Positions 13,045 to 26,092 of a stretch of DNA of 64,000 bases are shown piece after piece. Made by a program: the position numbers and the translations under genes. Below the pieces are notes generated by a model that saw nothing but the letters and a program-made list of their open reading frames with translations, searched no databases and was not told where the DNA came from. The stretch comes from Octopus sinensis (Eukaryota). Numbering within the stretch: the first letter of the stretch is position 1; every line of letters starts with the position of its first letter. Where the stretch lies: positions 71,424,001-71,488,000 of the forward strand of contig NC_043001.1 in the NCBI RefSeq assembly GCF_006345805.1, written 5' to 3'.

Positions 13045-13116
<72 letters not shown>

Positions 13117-13160
13117 ATATATATACATATATATATATATATATGTACATACATACATAC

Positions 13161-13243
<83 letters not shown>

Positions 13244-13682
13244 TACCCTAGGCTCAAATAAGCTATGTACATTGAATTTTCTTTATTAGCTGCATTGTTC
13301 TATTACTTTGTCTACTCCAGTTATGTCAGGGTAGATTATTTTAGTACTATAATTAATTTATATTGAACTAACAAAAGAGAACGAAAGAGAAACAACGTAA
13401 GAAAAAGTGAATTACGAGAGGCCATGAGAAAAATGAATTGTAATCTCTAACATAATTTTCAATAAACTGTAAAGAAAGGAAATTGAATTGGTGCTACAAT
13501 TTCTTATTCTTAGACAGAGAATTGTAGGAGAGGGGAAAAGAAAGAGTGGGTGAGTTCAGAAAGAAGACAATGTAAGTAAAGAGAATAGTGCTATGAATGG
13601 TAAGAGAAAAAAGGAGAGAGAGAGAGGAACGTGAGATAAAACGAAAGCGTATGGAAATAAAGATTGAGAAGAAACATTGATG

Positions 13683-13715
<33 letters not shown>

Positions 13716-14304
13716 ATAATATATATATATACATATATAATATATACATATATATATATATATGTATTTATATTTATATATATGTATGTATGCATGTATG
13801 TATGCATACCTAAATACATATACATAGATTGACAATATACATATCGTACGTATACGTATGTATATGTATATGTGTGTATGAGTGTGTCTGTGAGTATATA
13901 TATGTATATGCATATATATATATATATATATGTATATTTATATATATACATACACATATGTACAGAGATATAAACATATACGTATTCATACATATACACA
14001 CACACACATATATATATATATATGTATGTATGCGTATGTATATATATCTATGCGTATATATATATATATATGTATATATTACATATATATATATACAGAT
14101 ATAGATATATAGATAGATATGTATATATGTCTATATATGTACGTATAAGTATGTATATGTATGTATGTGTATATATATATATATATATGTTTGTGTGTAT
14201 ATATATATGTGTTTCTGTATATGTATATACATAGATAGATATATATATGTATATATATATACATATATATATGTATGTATGTATGTATGCATTACTCGTG
14301 GCAT

Positions 14305-14462
14305 TTTATTCGGTTTATTCAGCAAAGTTCATGTAGATTGTTTCATACTTTTGTCATTTTGTTTTGGAAATTGATAAGAAGGAGGAAATATTTAAACGAT
14401 ATGTTGTGAGTAAGAAATGTTCAGAAAAAGAAAACGAGTGTGAAATATAATAAAATAGATGT
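14305..14462 (+). repeat. dispersed ~155 bp repeat, copy 1 (copy 2 at 30467-30620)
   Basis: shared tttattcagcaaagttcatgt...ggaggaaatatttaaacg...gtaagaaatgttcagaaaaagaaaa...gtgaaatataataaaatagatgt; roughly 85-90% identical. Confidence 0.9.
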
Positions 14463-14934
14463 CTGTAGAAAATGAGTGATGTTGAGTAAATAGAACTCTG
14501 CCAAAAGATATATAATATATTGGCTGACGAAGTGAGCTTTTGGAGGAGACGAGAGCTAAGTGATTGACAAAAAGGGAGATAAACGGTGAGATAGAAATAA
14601 AATTAGATATTAGAGAGAAAGTGAGATATCTCTACAGGACGTTAGATTTTAATAAACTGCCGGCGAAATGTAAGTAAACGCCATCTTGAGGCGGTAAAAG
14701 AAAATGTAGTTGGACTTCCGACATCATACTGACATGTTGTAATTATTTGATACGGAGTTCTGATATATATTAGGGAAATAATATAGCGAAATACCACGCT
14801 ACAATTTTATTTTAGTCTGTTTCCTGCTCTCTTTCTCTCTCGTTCTCTCTCTCTTTGTCTTTCCCTCTATCTTTGTCTTTCCCTCTCTCTCATTCTTCAT
14901 TTTAATCATACGTATGAACCATACACACATGTAA

Positions 14935-14998
<64 letters not shown>

Positions 14999-15116
14999 AC
15001 GTATACATACATGTATAGGTACACACACATATACACTTACATATATGCATATATACATGTATACATGTATATATTTAGGTATATACATGTATACATATAT
15101 ATATACAAACACACAA

Positions 15117-15493
15117 AAGAAACACACAAAAGCCGTTCGATTCACTTCAAAATTTAAGTTTAATTTGTCAAAATATTTTCGTCGCTATAAGACCGCGACC
15201 TGTTCACTGACAAAAATCCGTGCTGCATCTGAGAAAGTAACAGTTAGTTCGTTATATATATGTACGTATGTATGTGTGTTTGTATGTATACACGCATGTA
15301 TGCATGCATGTATGTATGTACGTACGTACGCCTGTGTGTATGTACGTATGTATGTATACATACATACATACATACATACATACACATACATACATACATA
15401 CATACATACATACATACATACACATACATACATACATACATACATAATACATACACACAGGCGTACGTACGTACATACATACATGTATGTATG

Positions 15494-15527
<34 letters not shown>

Positions 15528-15804
15528 TGTATGTATGTATGTATGTATGTGTATGTATGTATGTATGTATACATACATACGTACATACACACAGGCGTAC
15601 GTACATACATACATGCATGCATACATGCGTGTATACATACAAACACACATACACAAGTACATATATATAACGAACTAACTGTTACTTTCTCAGATGCAGC
15701 ACGGATTTTTGTCAGTGAACAGGTCGCAGTCTTATAGCGACGAAAATATTTTGACAAATTAAACTTAAATGTTGAAGTGAATCGAACAGCTTTTGTGCGT
15801 CTCT
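15117..15804. repeat. ~690 bp near-perfect palindrome including mirrored microsatellites
   Basis: cacaaaagccgttcgattcacttcaa...gttagttcgttatatata mirrored by tatatataacgaactaac...ttgaagtgaatcgaacagcttttgtg; the same peptide (RYKTATCSLTKIRAASEKVTVSSLYIC) appears on both strands in the ORF track. Confidence 0.97.
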
Positions 15805-15847
15805 TAAATGGCTTACAAACACCTTCACGCTGCAATTGTTATATGTG

Positions 15848-15955
<108 letters not shown>

Positions 15956-15972
15956 TATATATATATATATAT

Positions 15973-16010
<38 letters not shown>

Positions 16011-16152
16011 CGACGTGCTTCTTTCAGTTTCCGTCTACCAGGTTTTTATCGACCCGAGGCTATAGTAGAAGAGACTTGCTCAGGCTGCCACACAGTGGGA
16101 ATGAACCCAAAAACCATGTGGTTGGGAAGCAAGCCTCTTACCACGAGGCCTC
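16011..16152 (-). mobile_element. SINE family 1 head half
   Basis: cttctttcagtttccgtctacc...gaggctatagtagaagagacttg...gaacccaaaaaccatgtggttgg. Confidence 0.8.
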
Positions 16153-17264
16153 GCTATTATTATTATTATTATTTTTAATATTAATATTTTACTCTTATTA
16201 TGAAGGAAATAAAAGCTATGGGCTGAATACCTACGGTATTTTGCTACAGTTATATATTTATATATGTATATTGTGTTTTTAACACACAGATTGCTATTTA
16301 CTTCAATTGTGATATAAATGTGCTATGGTGGGACCGGAATGTGAAAGAATAAACCCAACATTTTCTCTGCATGCCGTAAAAGGCGACCAAATGAGGTTGA
16401 GTCCACCTATACTGGGATATATATTCGCCTAGCTTACATATATATAATGCATTTTTAACAGAACATTTATGAAGCGATTTTCTCTCACACTAAAACCGCA
16501 GAAACATACCTATCAGTGGTGTATAAAATATATAAGTACGGTACACGGATGACCATAGAAATTCGAAGTTGAAGGCACAACATGTCATATACTAAGGTAT
16601 TTACACAAATATTTCGTTTAACTGAATGCGACATCATACTCGATTGGGCAATGAATCTGAATATGCCTAAAATATACATGTGGTTGACATGTATAATATA
16701 TGAAACGCTAGTCATTAGTTTATAACTAATTTCATTTAAGTTTATCAAAGCTTAACAAAATCGCGTCAAATGGCCTCCAGTGAATAACATTTCCCGTCAA
16801 TTTTGCAGACCATGAAATTAATGCATACTACTTTAGTAGACTATATATTTTGTTGTTCTTTTTTTACCCCGTTTCTAATTCAATTATATATACGGCGAAA
16901 TTTCAAAGAAACTACTCGCTTCAGCACGCGTATTGATGTGATCAACCGCTAAGTGAGTCTGTCTACAGTAAATTGATTTGTAAATTTCACTTGTAACAAC
17001 ATCACTGAAGAGAACAATGTCATACAATTAACTTCAGCAATATTATATTAACCACTGCTAATTATTTTCGTCGAATCAATATTATATAGATATAATGCGT
17101 GGGAGAACTGAGCACACTTAAATGCATACACCTGTGTGCGCACCCATATATGCTCAAATGCACAAATACACAACACACACACACACACACACACATTACA
17201 GTCGTACACTGTAATTACAATTCAAATCGATATGGGCCTATATACACAAAAATTTCTCAGTATA

Positions 17265-18534
17265 CTGGGTGCGGTGAATAAACTGTCATCTAAATTATTC
17301 AGAAATGAAAATAACAGACATCTCATTGTAACAGATATATTTACCAAAATTACATAAAAGTATCTTGAAATACTAAAGAACAAATTTATTCAATAAAATC
17401 TTCATTGGCTTCTACCACGTCCTCTAGACGACTTCGAAGTCTCCTGCAAGTCTTCTGAACGGTCTCCTTGTTTATGTTGGTAAATGCTGCTATAATCCTT
17501 GCCATCCGTTCAACTTTGGTGTGAAAAGGAATTTTGTTGGTCTCTCGCCCAACTGCGCCCCAAACATAAAAATGAAGGGTTTTGCAGTCTGTGGCCAGAT
17601 TTTAGGCGTGATGTGGTGACCGAAATTCTCTGGCAGTCATGGCTGGTTTCTCCTGCTTGTCTGGCAGATTTCTGTTGCCAGACATAGGGTCTTCCAGCAA
17701 CCACTCTTTTGACTCAAGGCAGCACTACCTCATCCAGGCACTTGATATAGGCTTCCACGTTGAATCTGAGGCCGTGTGGAAAGATGAATGGAAGCACACC
17801 ATCGCCATTATTAGTGATGATTCCAAGAACCATGATGTTGACTGGATGTTTGATTTTCAACACTGTTGGTACATGCTTTGGAGACATGGCAAGCCAACGG
17901 TTGTTCTGTGTGTTCACTATCTGATTCTGCCCAAAGTTTTTTCTCGTCTGAGAAAAAACAAGGCATTTCCTGTTGGAGGGGATGTTTGAGGTTGTTCAAA
18001 AGCTTCGTAGCGCGGCATTTCCTCTTATCCTTCATGGCTTGGGATAGAAATTGGCTCTTTCTCATCTTTTACCAGGAATACCGATTACCTTCATGTACTA
18101 CCTGTCTGATAAGAAACTCAAGACATTCTCATGTCCCTGGCGATGGACCTAATTGACTTGGAGGGATCGTTGTCAATCATGGCCAGGATCTCACCAATAA
18201 ATTCAGGAGTTCTTTTCCTATCAGAACGTTCAGAATGAGTTTTCTGAGCTGCCGTACCAGTATAATCAGCACCAGACTCATCCAACTCTTTCCGAATCTT
18301 CTGTACTGTCCTATGTTTGACACCCAAACACTGTGTTCGTATTGGAGCTTCCGGCGTGAATGCCAAGCAGTTACCAAATTTCTAGCAGAGTTATTTGCGT
18401 CACGGTGCTGTTGTTTTCACAGCCGGTGCCCAACTGACCCTACTATACTATGCTGTCGACAAAATCAAAAACAAATAATGCACATGCGCGAAATTAAAGA
18501 TATAAAATAGCAACAATTTACGCAACGCAACCTG
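17265..18534 (-). mobile_element. maT (DD37D-type) transposon, full length, transposase disrupted
   Basis: TA flanks, ~23-bp imperfect TIRs; frames give RTPEFIGEILAMIDNDPSKSIRSIARD, CFFSDEKK, KHPVNIMVLG, PYVWQQ; family D-D spacing counted in the sister copy at 45209. Confidence 0.9.
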
Positions 18535-18653
18535 TATATATGTGTATTTATGTGTAAGAACTAGATGATAAAAAGTTAGATAAAGAAGCATAATTTCAAA
18601 TAGATAGATAGATAGATAGATAGATTCATAGATAGAGAGAGAGAGAGAGAGAG

Positions 18654-18782
<129 letters not shown>

Positions 18783-18856
18783 TGCGTATCATATCAGTAT
18801 ATTTATGTGTATACGAGACATGGTGTATACGTGTATACATATATTATGAATGTATA

Positions 18857-19725
18857 CGAGGTGCGTTCAAAAAGTATCGACTTTATTTCTCCCACCAAAA
18901 CTAATGCCGCGTGGGCAAAATCCTTTCAGTGGGAGGTGACACCACCCTTTCTGAGCATTTGAGAAAACTTTTGCAACGGTAAGCCGCATCAGTTCCAGGA
19001 TGTTATGCCTAGAGTATAGACGTGTAGTGTTCGCTCGTCGAATTTTCTTTGTGAGCGAATTTTCGGATTGACAATGATCAACAAGTCGCTCTGTGCCATA
19101 TCAGGGGAGTAGGGAGCATCTCAAACAAGTGGTGTATCGTTCTTAACCAAGAAGCTTGGACACCCGGAATGAACGGGTGCATTGTCGTAGTGAAGTTTTC
19201 AAATACTCGCACCCACACGTCCAGCTGCATTTGATGCATAGCATCCTGAAGATTACGTATAACCTTCAAGTAGTATTTCTTATTAATTGCTTGGTCTTGT
19301 GGTGTGTATTCATGATGCACTATACCACAGGTAACAAAGAAAGAAGTCAAAACTACCTTCACATTTCTGCAGACCTGCCGTGTCTTTTTGAGCCTTGGTG
19401 ATTCAGCAGGCCTTGATATCATTGCCAAAGGTCTGCTAAACCTTCTGGATGGTTGAAACTAGAGTATCACCAAGCTTTTGACAAAACTTGATGCAAAATC
19501 TATGCTCGATACGTTTGGTCATCTTGCGTGAAAACGAAAATTCGACGAGCGTACACTACAAATCTGTACTCTAGGCTCAACAACCGGAAACTGACGCGGC
19601 TTGGTGGCGCGAAAAGTTTTCAGCATGTGCAGTAAAGGCGTCACCTTCCACCGAAAGGATTTTGCTCATACTGCATTAGTTTTGGTAGGAAAACTTAAAG
19701 CCGGACAATTTTTGGACATACCGCG
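18857..19725 (-). mobile_element. internally deleted mariner derivative with ~190-bp terminal inverted repeats
   Basis: arms 18857-19047 and 19536-19725; interior MTKRIEHRFCIKFCQKLGD joined to ESPRLKKTRQVCRNVKVVLTSFF...GIVHHEY and frameshifted YDNAPVH / APYSPDMA. Confidence 0.88.
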
Positions 19726-19862
19726 TGCACACAAAACATATTTGTATGTGTTCATATAAATGTATTCATCTATCTACATATACGTTTACACACACACACA
19801 CACACGCACACGCACACACACACAAAACACACGCATATATACACACACACACACACACACAT

Positions 19863-20225
19863 ATTTGGGTCACCCATAAATAATGCTGGTTTTTTTCAAT
19901 TGCATTAACTAAAGGTTGGAAGAGGACGGGATAAACTACCTGCATCAACTTGCTATAAAAGCAGGTAGTAGTTTTATGTTGTACTTATTCTTAGTGCAAG
20001 TTTTGAAGAGTGCAGTTCGATTTTAACAGTTATTTTTTCAAAACTATAATGGAAGTCACAACGGAATATATTCTTTACGAGTTCAATAAAAACAACAACG
20101 CAAAGGAAAGTACGTGGAATATTAATGCAATATAGGTGGGGATCAGACAATAAGCGTAAGCCAGTGTCAACAGTGGTTCCAGAAATTCCGTGTCAGAAAC
20201 TACAGCCTAGAAGACAAGCCTCAAA
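19863..20225 (+). pseudogene. mariner 5' fragment
   Basis: MEVTTEYILYEFNKNNNAKESTWNINA / GDQTISVSQCQQWFQKFRVRNYSLEDKP, a mariner HTH region. Confidence 0.75.
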
Positions 20226-20650
20226 AAAAGTTACATCATAATATAAAATCCATCATCATCACGTAAAATTTGAAGCAGGTACGTAAGATTTTAAACATCG
20301 TCCCCGACATAGCCAACATTAGCTGGACAAGTGACGCATTTGAATTCTAATTCCGAATATATATAGGAGAATTAGATGTAGCTTAAAACAGGTAAATAAG
20401 AAACAAAGAGGCCATAGGGATATAAAATCTAAATTCACCCAAATTAGACACCGATTAATCTAAGAATCAGTAGACATAGTTATGCCGAGGGTTGTAATTA
20501 AAAAGTCATCAGAACCTTAACAGATTTATTTTCAGTGAAAGAAGACATATCACGAAGTTCACCAACCACCGTCATCAAACATTGAAGTTATTAACCTTCA
20601 CCCATTCCTATCCACAGTTACGCACAACAGATTCACGCACACACGCACAA

Positions 20651-20687
<37 letters not shown>

Positions 20688-20844
20688 ACACACACACACA
20701 CACACACACTCACACGCACGCGTACACACAAATACACGCATATATATTGTTGTATTTCGGGACGGTCATTTTTTTTTGCCAAATATGCACACGCACTATA
20801 TATTCGTTCTTCACTCGTTTATTAATGTTCTTTTTCTAAGTCAG

Positions 20845-20888
20845 GTCCGGAAATCTTTCGTCACACATCTGTGATCTCTTCAGCGACA
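20845..20888 (-). ncRNA. second hammerhead copy (stem II closing pair mutated)
   Basis: reverse complement tgtcg-CTGAAGA-g-atcaca/gatg/tgtgac-GAAA-gattt-C-cggac. Confidence 0.55.
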
Positions 20889-21637
20889 CTTTCTGTCTTT
20901 GTGTGTGCTCTTGCTCCGATTGTTCCATTCCGTTCTTCAATGATACATATCTTTATATACGCATGCGTTTGCGTCTGTGTTTGTGTGTGTGTATAGATGT
21001 ACGTGTGTACATGACTGTGTGTGTGTGTGTGTGTCATTGTCCTTAATAACACTATGACGCTCTCCTGACACGACACTTAGACAACTCACCGAGGCTACTC
21101 ACATAGCAATTGACAGACCGAGCCTCAACTTAAAACTCGAGTGGAATAATAACACCCACCACTACACCACACAACATGACGACTAAAGACAAAGAGAGAA
21201 AGAAATACAGCTACAAACAGTGTAATACACACGCAATAGACAAATATGCACACACCTATGATAGAGATAGATTTTTTTTAAAAATTAATCTATATAGTGG
21301 GCATAGATACAAACAACATAGGAATCTAACCCATATAGACGCACAAACACCCATGCAGTAATTTCACAGACGGCTGCAACAGTATCAACAACACGACCAA
21401 CAAAGACAACAGCAACAGCGGTAGCAACAATGGCAACAACAACTACTACGAAGGCAGCAACGTGGGCGAACAAACAGAGAAATACAGAAACGGTACCAAA
21501 TTGGGTTCAAGCGCAGCAGCAACAGCAACAGGAGAGGAGATGAGGTTGAGGGGAGGGTCATACTGATAGTAAGAACAATTGCACACACACATACGAAAAC
21601 GCATGTGCGGAGCACGAAAACACACAAAGACGGAAAG

Positions 21638-21682
21638 TGTCGCTGAAGAGGTCACAGACGTGTGACGAAAGATTTCCGGACA
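21638..21682 (+). ncRNA. minimal type I hammerhead ribozyme
   Basis: tgtcg-CTGAAGA-g-gtcaca/gacg/tgtgac-GAAA-gattt-C-cggaca: intact core, 6-bp stem II, self-complementary AGAUUU stem III, predicted cleavage after C21676. Confidence 0.7.
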
Positions 21683-22754
21683 ATGGGCGTGAGTTAGAAT
21701 ATGAGCAGTAATAAAAGAACGAATAAATAGTGTACGTGTTTATTTGGCAAAAAAAAATAAAGAAAATATAACAATCCCGAAATACAGCAATATCTGTTTG
21801 AACACACGGTTTCACATCAAGAATCTTGCAACACAAATTCATAAACGTATATATATATATATATATAATTCTTTTATATGCTTCAGCCCTAATGTGGCCA
21901 TGCTGAAAAGATGTATGTACGCACACATGTGAAAGGGCATATGAAAATTAAAAAACTGCGATACATACATACACATGTGCTTTGTGTGTGTGTGTGTGTG
22001 TGTAGTGTATCGGAATTCTAATTGACTAGCAAGTAACTCCATCTGAAACAATTACATCAAGGAAGATCTGCTCTAGCCATTAAACCTACAGAAAATCTTT
22101 GCAGCTTACTTTCCTTAATGTATCGAACATTTGATCTCACAAATGCAATTTTGTCACTGACACTGTTCCACTGTAACTCGCGACAGGACCGTGTCAACGA
22201 ACATATCGTATTTGTGGAGCTAAAACTTTGACACGACACGACTTGAAAAGATTTTGAGCATTTAAGTGGCTAGAACGGTTCTTCCAAGGACAGTGATCAC
22301 AGATGGCTGAAGATGCTTGATTAAGAGGAAAACAGGATGAAATGTAATCCATGTAGTGGAAGAACATCGACTCCGACCACTGACACGAATCGCCAACAAC
22401 TGGAAGAGTTTATTCGCGCAAACAGACAGGCCACAATTCCTGTGGGTTCAATGCATTACAGAATATGATTGAAGACTTTGAGTATTGGGAAGTGTGTGCA
22501 AAGGAAGGACATTTGCAGTTGATACTCGGTTTGAAGGAGAGATGACTATAAATCTGCTCTAATCTCCTGGGAGTATATGAAACCAATGACGCGTTCTTTA
22601 CCTATCAGGTGACAGACTATGAAACGTCAGGACATGTTTATGATTCAGAAACGAAGGATCAGTCTATGGGATGACGCCAACCTCTTCTCCAAGGCCTAAG
22701 AATTTCAAGAAACTGATTTGTACAGAAAGTTATGATGCTTGTATTTTTGAGATG

Positions 22755-23009
22755 GTGGAGGCGCGTTGCTTAGTGGTTAGAGTGTCAGCATCATGATCGT
22801 AAGATTATGGTTTCGATTCCTGGACCGGTCAACGCGTTGTGTTCTTGAGCAAAACACTTCATTTCACGTTGCTCCAGTCCAGTCAACTGGCAAAAATGAG
22901 TAACGTTGCGATGGACTGGCGTCCCGTCCAGCTGGGGAACACATATGCCATAGAAACCGGGAAACCGGGGCCATGAGCCTGGCTAGGCTTTAAAAGGGCG
23001 CATTTATTT
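22755..23009 (+). mobile_element. tRNA-derived SINE family 3 with 13-bp TSD
   Basis: A box tggttagag, B box ggtttcgattcc, central gcgatggactggcgtcccgtccag; TSD tatttttgagatg at 22742-22754 and 23010-23022. Confidence 0.92.
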
Positions 23010-23314
23010 TATTTTTGAGATGACAAGAATATTACTCTCCTTGATTTTCTGTAATGTGTTAGTGCCGTGAACAACGCGCGATAGATTGAAGCACCCAAAG
23101 CTTAGAGAAGCTAATAGGAGGAAGAGACCGAATAAGAATTCACCATGTTAATGCCTAACCCTAGACACCTTTGACAACAAATCAGACAATTAGCAAATTA
23201 AAACGATCAGTGATTTCCCATCCATTGTGCAGTGGAGCGCTCCGACCTCTACCCATTCGTGCTAATCACGGGTAGTATTTGGAGACAACAATTTACTGGC
23301 AGAAATGAGATGCA

Positions 23315-23635
23315 GGCTTGCTCTCTGTTGGTTACGACGACGAGTATTCCAGTTGACCCGGCAAACGGAACAGCCTGCTCGTGAAATTAACGTGAAAGTA
23401 ACTGTGCACTCCACAAACACGCGTACCATTAGCGTAGTTTTCAAGATTTCAGTATAACACAGAATGTGACAGGGCTGGGATTTTGTATTACAGGTGCAAC
23501 TCATTTCTGTCAGCTGAGTGGACAGAAGCAATGTGAAATGCAGTGTCTTTGCCAAGGACACAATGCGCTGTCAGGAATGGGAATCTTACTAGTGTGAGCC
23601 GAATGCCCGAACCACAAATCCACGCGGTCTTCACT
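23315..23635 (-). mobile_element. SINE sharing head/core with family 3 but with a different 3' part
   Basis: cagctgagtggac.gaagcaatgtgaaat..agtgtctttgccaaggacac core in reverse; aacggaacagcctgctcgtgaaattaacgtg tail. Confidence 0.75.
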
Positions 23636-24389
23636 GCAGAGATGAGATAAAAGTAGCTGTGAAGAAGTCGGTACAGTTGTGTACAACTGCATTTTTTTCA
23701 AACATGCTTCGAAAGTTACGCTCAACAATTGCGCAATTGCATCGATTGTGATAAACACTCTGTTGAGCAGTATATTTGTACGGAGGAAGAATTACATGTA
23801 CAATTTGAACGACTTGCGTCAACTAATGAAACAGTTCTAACCGTTTTTGCACCACTTTCGAAAAAACCTGTAAAAAGGTGTAATACAATTGTTGTCCAAC
23901 GTTAAAGAGAATATCACACTCAGCAAGCAGGCTACCAATATATATTTAACAGGACATATTTTATCGGCCAACCATTATTCACGAAAAGTAAAATCATGAT
24001 TTCTGGGGTTTAAACTATTGAGAGAGAATGAAAGAGAGAAAAGGAAAGAGAGAGAGAGCGAGGTGAAAGATATGTTTTTAGTCTTACCGTATGTTTCTAG
24101 TGCTTTTAAACCATCTTTCAAAGTAATGATTTCTATCATTGTCACGTGGGCCCTTATTTTCTGGGAGAGAACTGTCGATTAAATTCACCAAATACTACTA
24201 CATTGCTATTGAGATTATCAACATACTTGATCCCAGCAAAATTCAAATTCGAATACGTAATAAGAGGGCCAGTTAAAACATGTTCTTCCAGCCTTTTTCT
24301 GAGACAGCCCACTTGATCACTCTGCCGGTCTTCCACTACTGTTTACCGAAATATTGTAGGCCAACGGCACGAAACTGACAAGACGAGAT

Positions 24390-24560
24390 GGTTAACCAAT
24401 TAAATGTAATCCTATACTTCACTGGTACTTTATTTTGATGGACTCAGATCTGCAAAAAGTTAAAGCTGATTTAGGCAGAATTTGAACTCGGAGCTTAATT
24501 GAAGCGGAACAAATACATATTTAGTCCGACAACCTAACGATCCTTCCAATCCACCGCTCT
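24390..24560 (-). mobile_element. SINE family 2, highly diverged
   Basis: ctggtactttattt...ggcagaatttgaactcggagc. Confidence 0.55.
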
Positions 24561-25228
24561 TGTTCATCAAAATATTTCGAGTGGAAAGGTGTGAAAGATG
24601 AGAGATGTAAGAAGAGATGTAATAGATGCAGAAACGATAAAGATATTGGTTTAAGTTAGAAGATAAAAGCGAGAAACAGAGAAACAGGAGACAAGTATAA
24701 ATATTGATAGGGGTAAGATGTAGGGGAAATAAGGAGGAAGATTAAAAGGAAGCAGCAAAATACATAGGAGACGAAATAAGCAGCACAACAGAGGTAAAGG
24801 AAGGCGAAGGCGATAAAGGGAAAGAGGGAGAAAAGAAAGACATGAAAGAAATGCTTCTCGATAGCGTGTATGATGAGCGCGATATTATTTCTAGCAACGG
24901 ACAGCAATTATACGACGCTATTTTACATGATGTCGAGTATTGCTTGGTAAACGTCACTGAAAAACAAACATGCAGTGTTGATTTGAAGCTTTATGCAGAG
25001 CTACGTGGACAACTGTTTAATTTGATACTATATCGATTCAGCAAACGTATACGTCCAATAACAGGCATGTTACCAATAAACACAGCTTTTCTAATAACTT
25101 TTCAACTATGGATGATATTATATTACAAAGACCATACGCTATTGTCGGTATGTGCAGATATAAACAAATAGACACACCTACATATATATGTGTGTGCGCG
25201 TGTGTCTCTGTATATATACATATATCTG

Positions 25229-25290
<62 letters not shown>

Positions 25291-25567
25291 ACATGTAAAT
25301 AGGTCCAAACGAATGCCTATGTCCGTATATATGGATGTACAAATATAGATATAGACAAATAGATAGAAAGATAATACATAAATATATACAGACAGAAAAA
25401 CAGCCATATGTAAATATATGTGTATACATATACGTGTACATGAGCGTGTCTATATCTATTTGAATATCCAAACAAGAAGAAAGAATAATAATTATACGCG
25501 AACAGGGTAAATATTTCAGGTAATGCTGCGATTACTCTGTTTCCACACTGAGCTTTGCTAGTATCGC

Positions 25568-25625
<58 letters not shown>

Positions 25626-25683
25626 GTGTGTGTGTGTGTTGTGTGTGTGTGTGTGTGTGGTGTGTTGTGTGTGTGTGTGTGTA

Positions 25684-25716
<33 letters not shown>

Positions 25717-25814
25717 TTGTGTAAAGATAAACTTACTTGGAAATGGATGCGTGGCGTTCAATCAAACAATACTATAAATAATATATTTATACATGCATAT
25801 ATGCATAAATATAC

Positions 25815-25845
<31 letters not shown>

Positions 25846-25917
25846 TACATACATACATACATACATACATACATACATACATACATACATACATGTGTGT
25901 ACGTACACACAATGCAT

Positions 25918-26090
25918 ATATGGGTACAGGACGTCACCAAACAGTAAGCAACATGAAATACGAAAGCAAATGAGTTCAAACAACGAGAGAAACAAATGGA
26001 AAACAGGACAAGTAACACAAAGAATGACCCTTCGTCAGTTGTGGGCTGTCTATCTACTCCTCATTTCAAGCATTGAAAACAGTTGCTCCC
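25918..26090 (+). repeat. dispersed repeat (opposite-orientation copy at 28795-28962)
   Basis: gggtacaggac...cccttcgtcagttgt...atctactcctcatttc versus gaaatgcggagtagat...acaactgatgaagggg...gtcctgtaccc. Confidence 0.75.
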
Positions 26091-26092
26091 AT

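Larger units (their letters stand above)
20743..21800 (+). mobile_element. Penelope-like retroelement remnant with inverted terminal repeat
   Basis: RQLTEATHIAIDRPSLNLKLEW at ~21078-21145 resembles a GIY-YIG C-terminal end; ~170-bp inverted repeats at 20743-20920 and 21608-21795 each carry a hammerhead core. Confidence 0.6.
22230..23800 (+). pseudogene. decayed mariner transposase interrupted by two SINEs
   Basis: fragments SGRTSTPTTDTNRQQLEEFIRANRQATI, VTDYETSGHVYDSETKDQSM, SSPRPKNFK, HPLCS..SDLYPF, CIDCDKHSVEQ occur in mariner order. Confidence 0.65.

Noticed and set aside
14973-15835. 254-aa and 216-aa ORFs on opposite strands
   Set aside because: Product of the palindrome plus TATG repeats; no protein motif
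24842-25171. 109-aa ORF (…LYAELRGQLFNLILY…)
   Set aside because: Faintly like a LINE C-terminal zinc region but lacks the Cys/His pattern; no acceptor upstream; cannot assign
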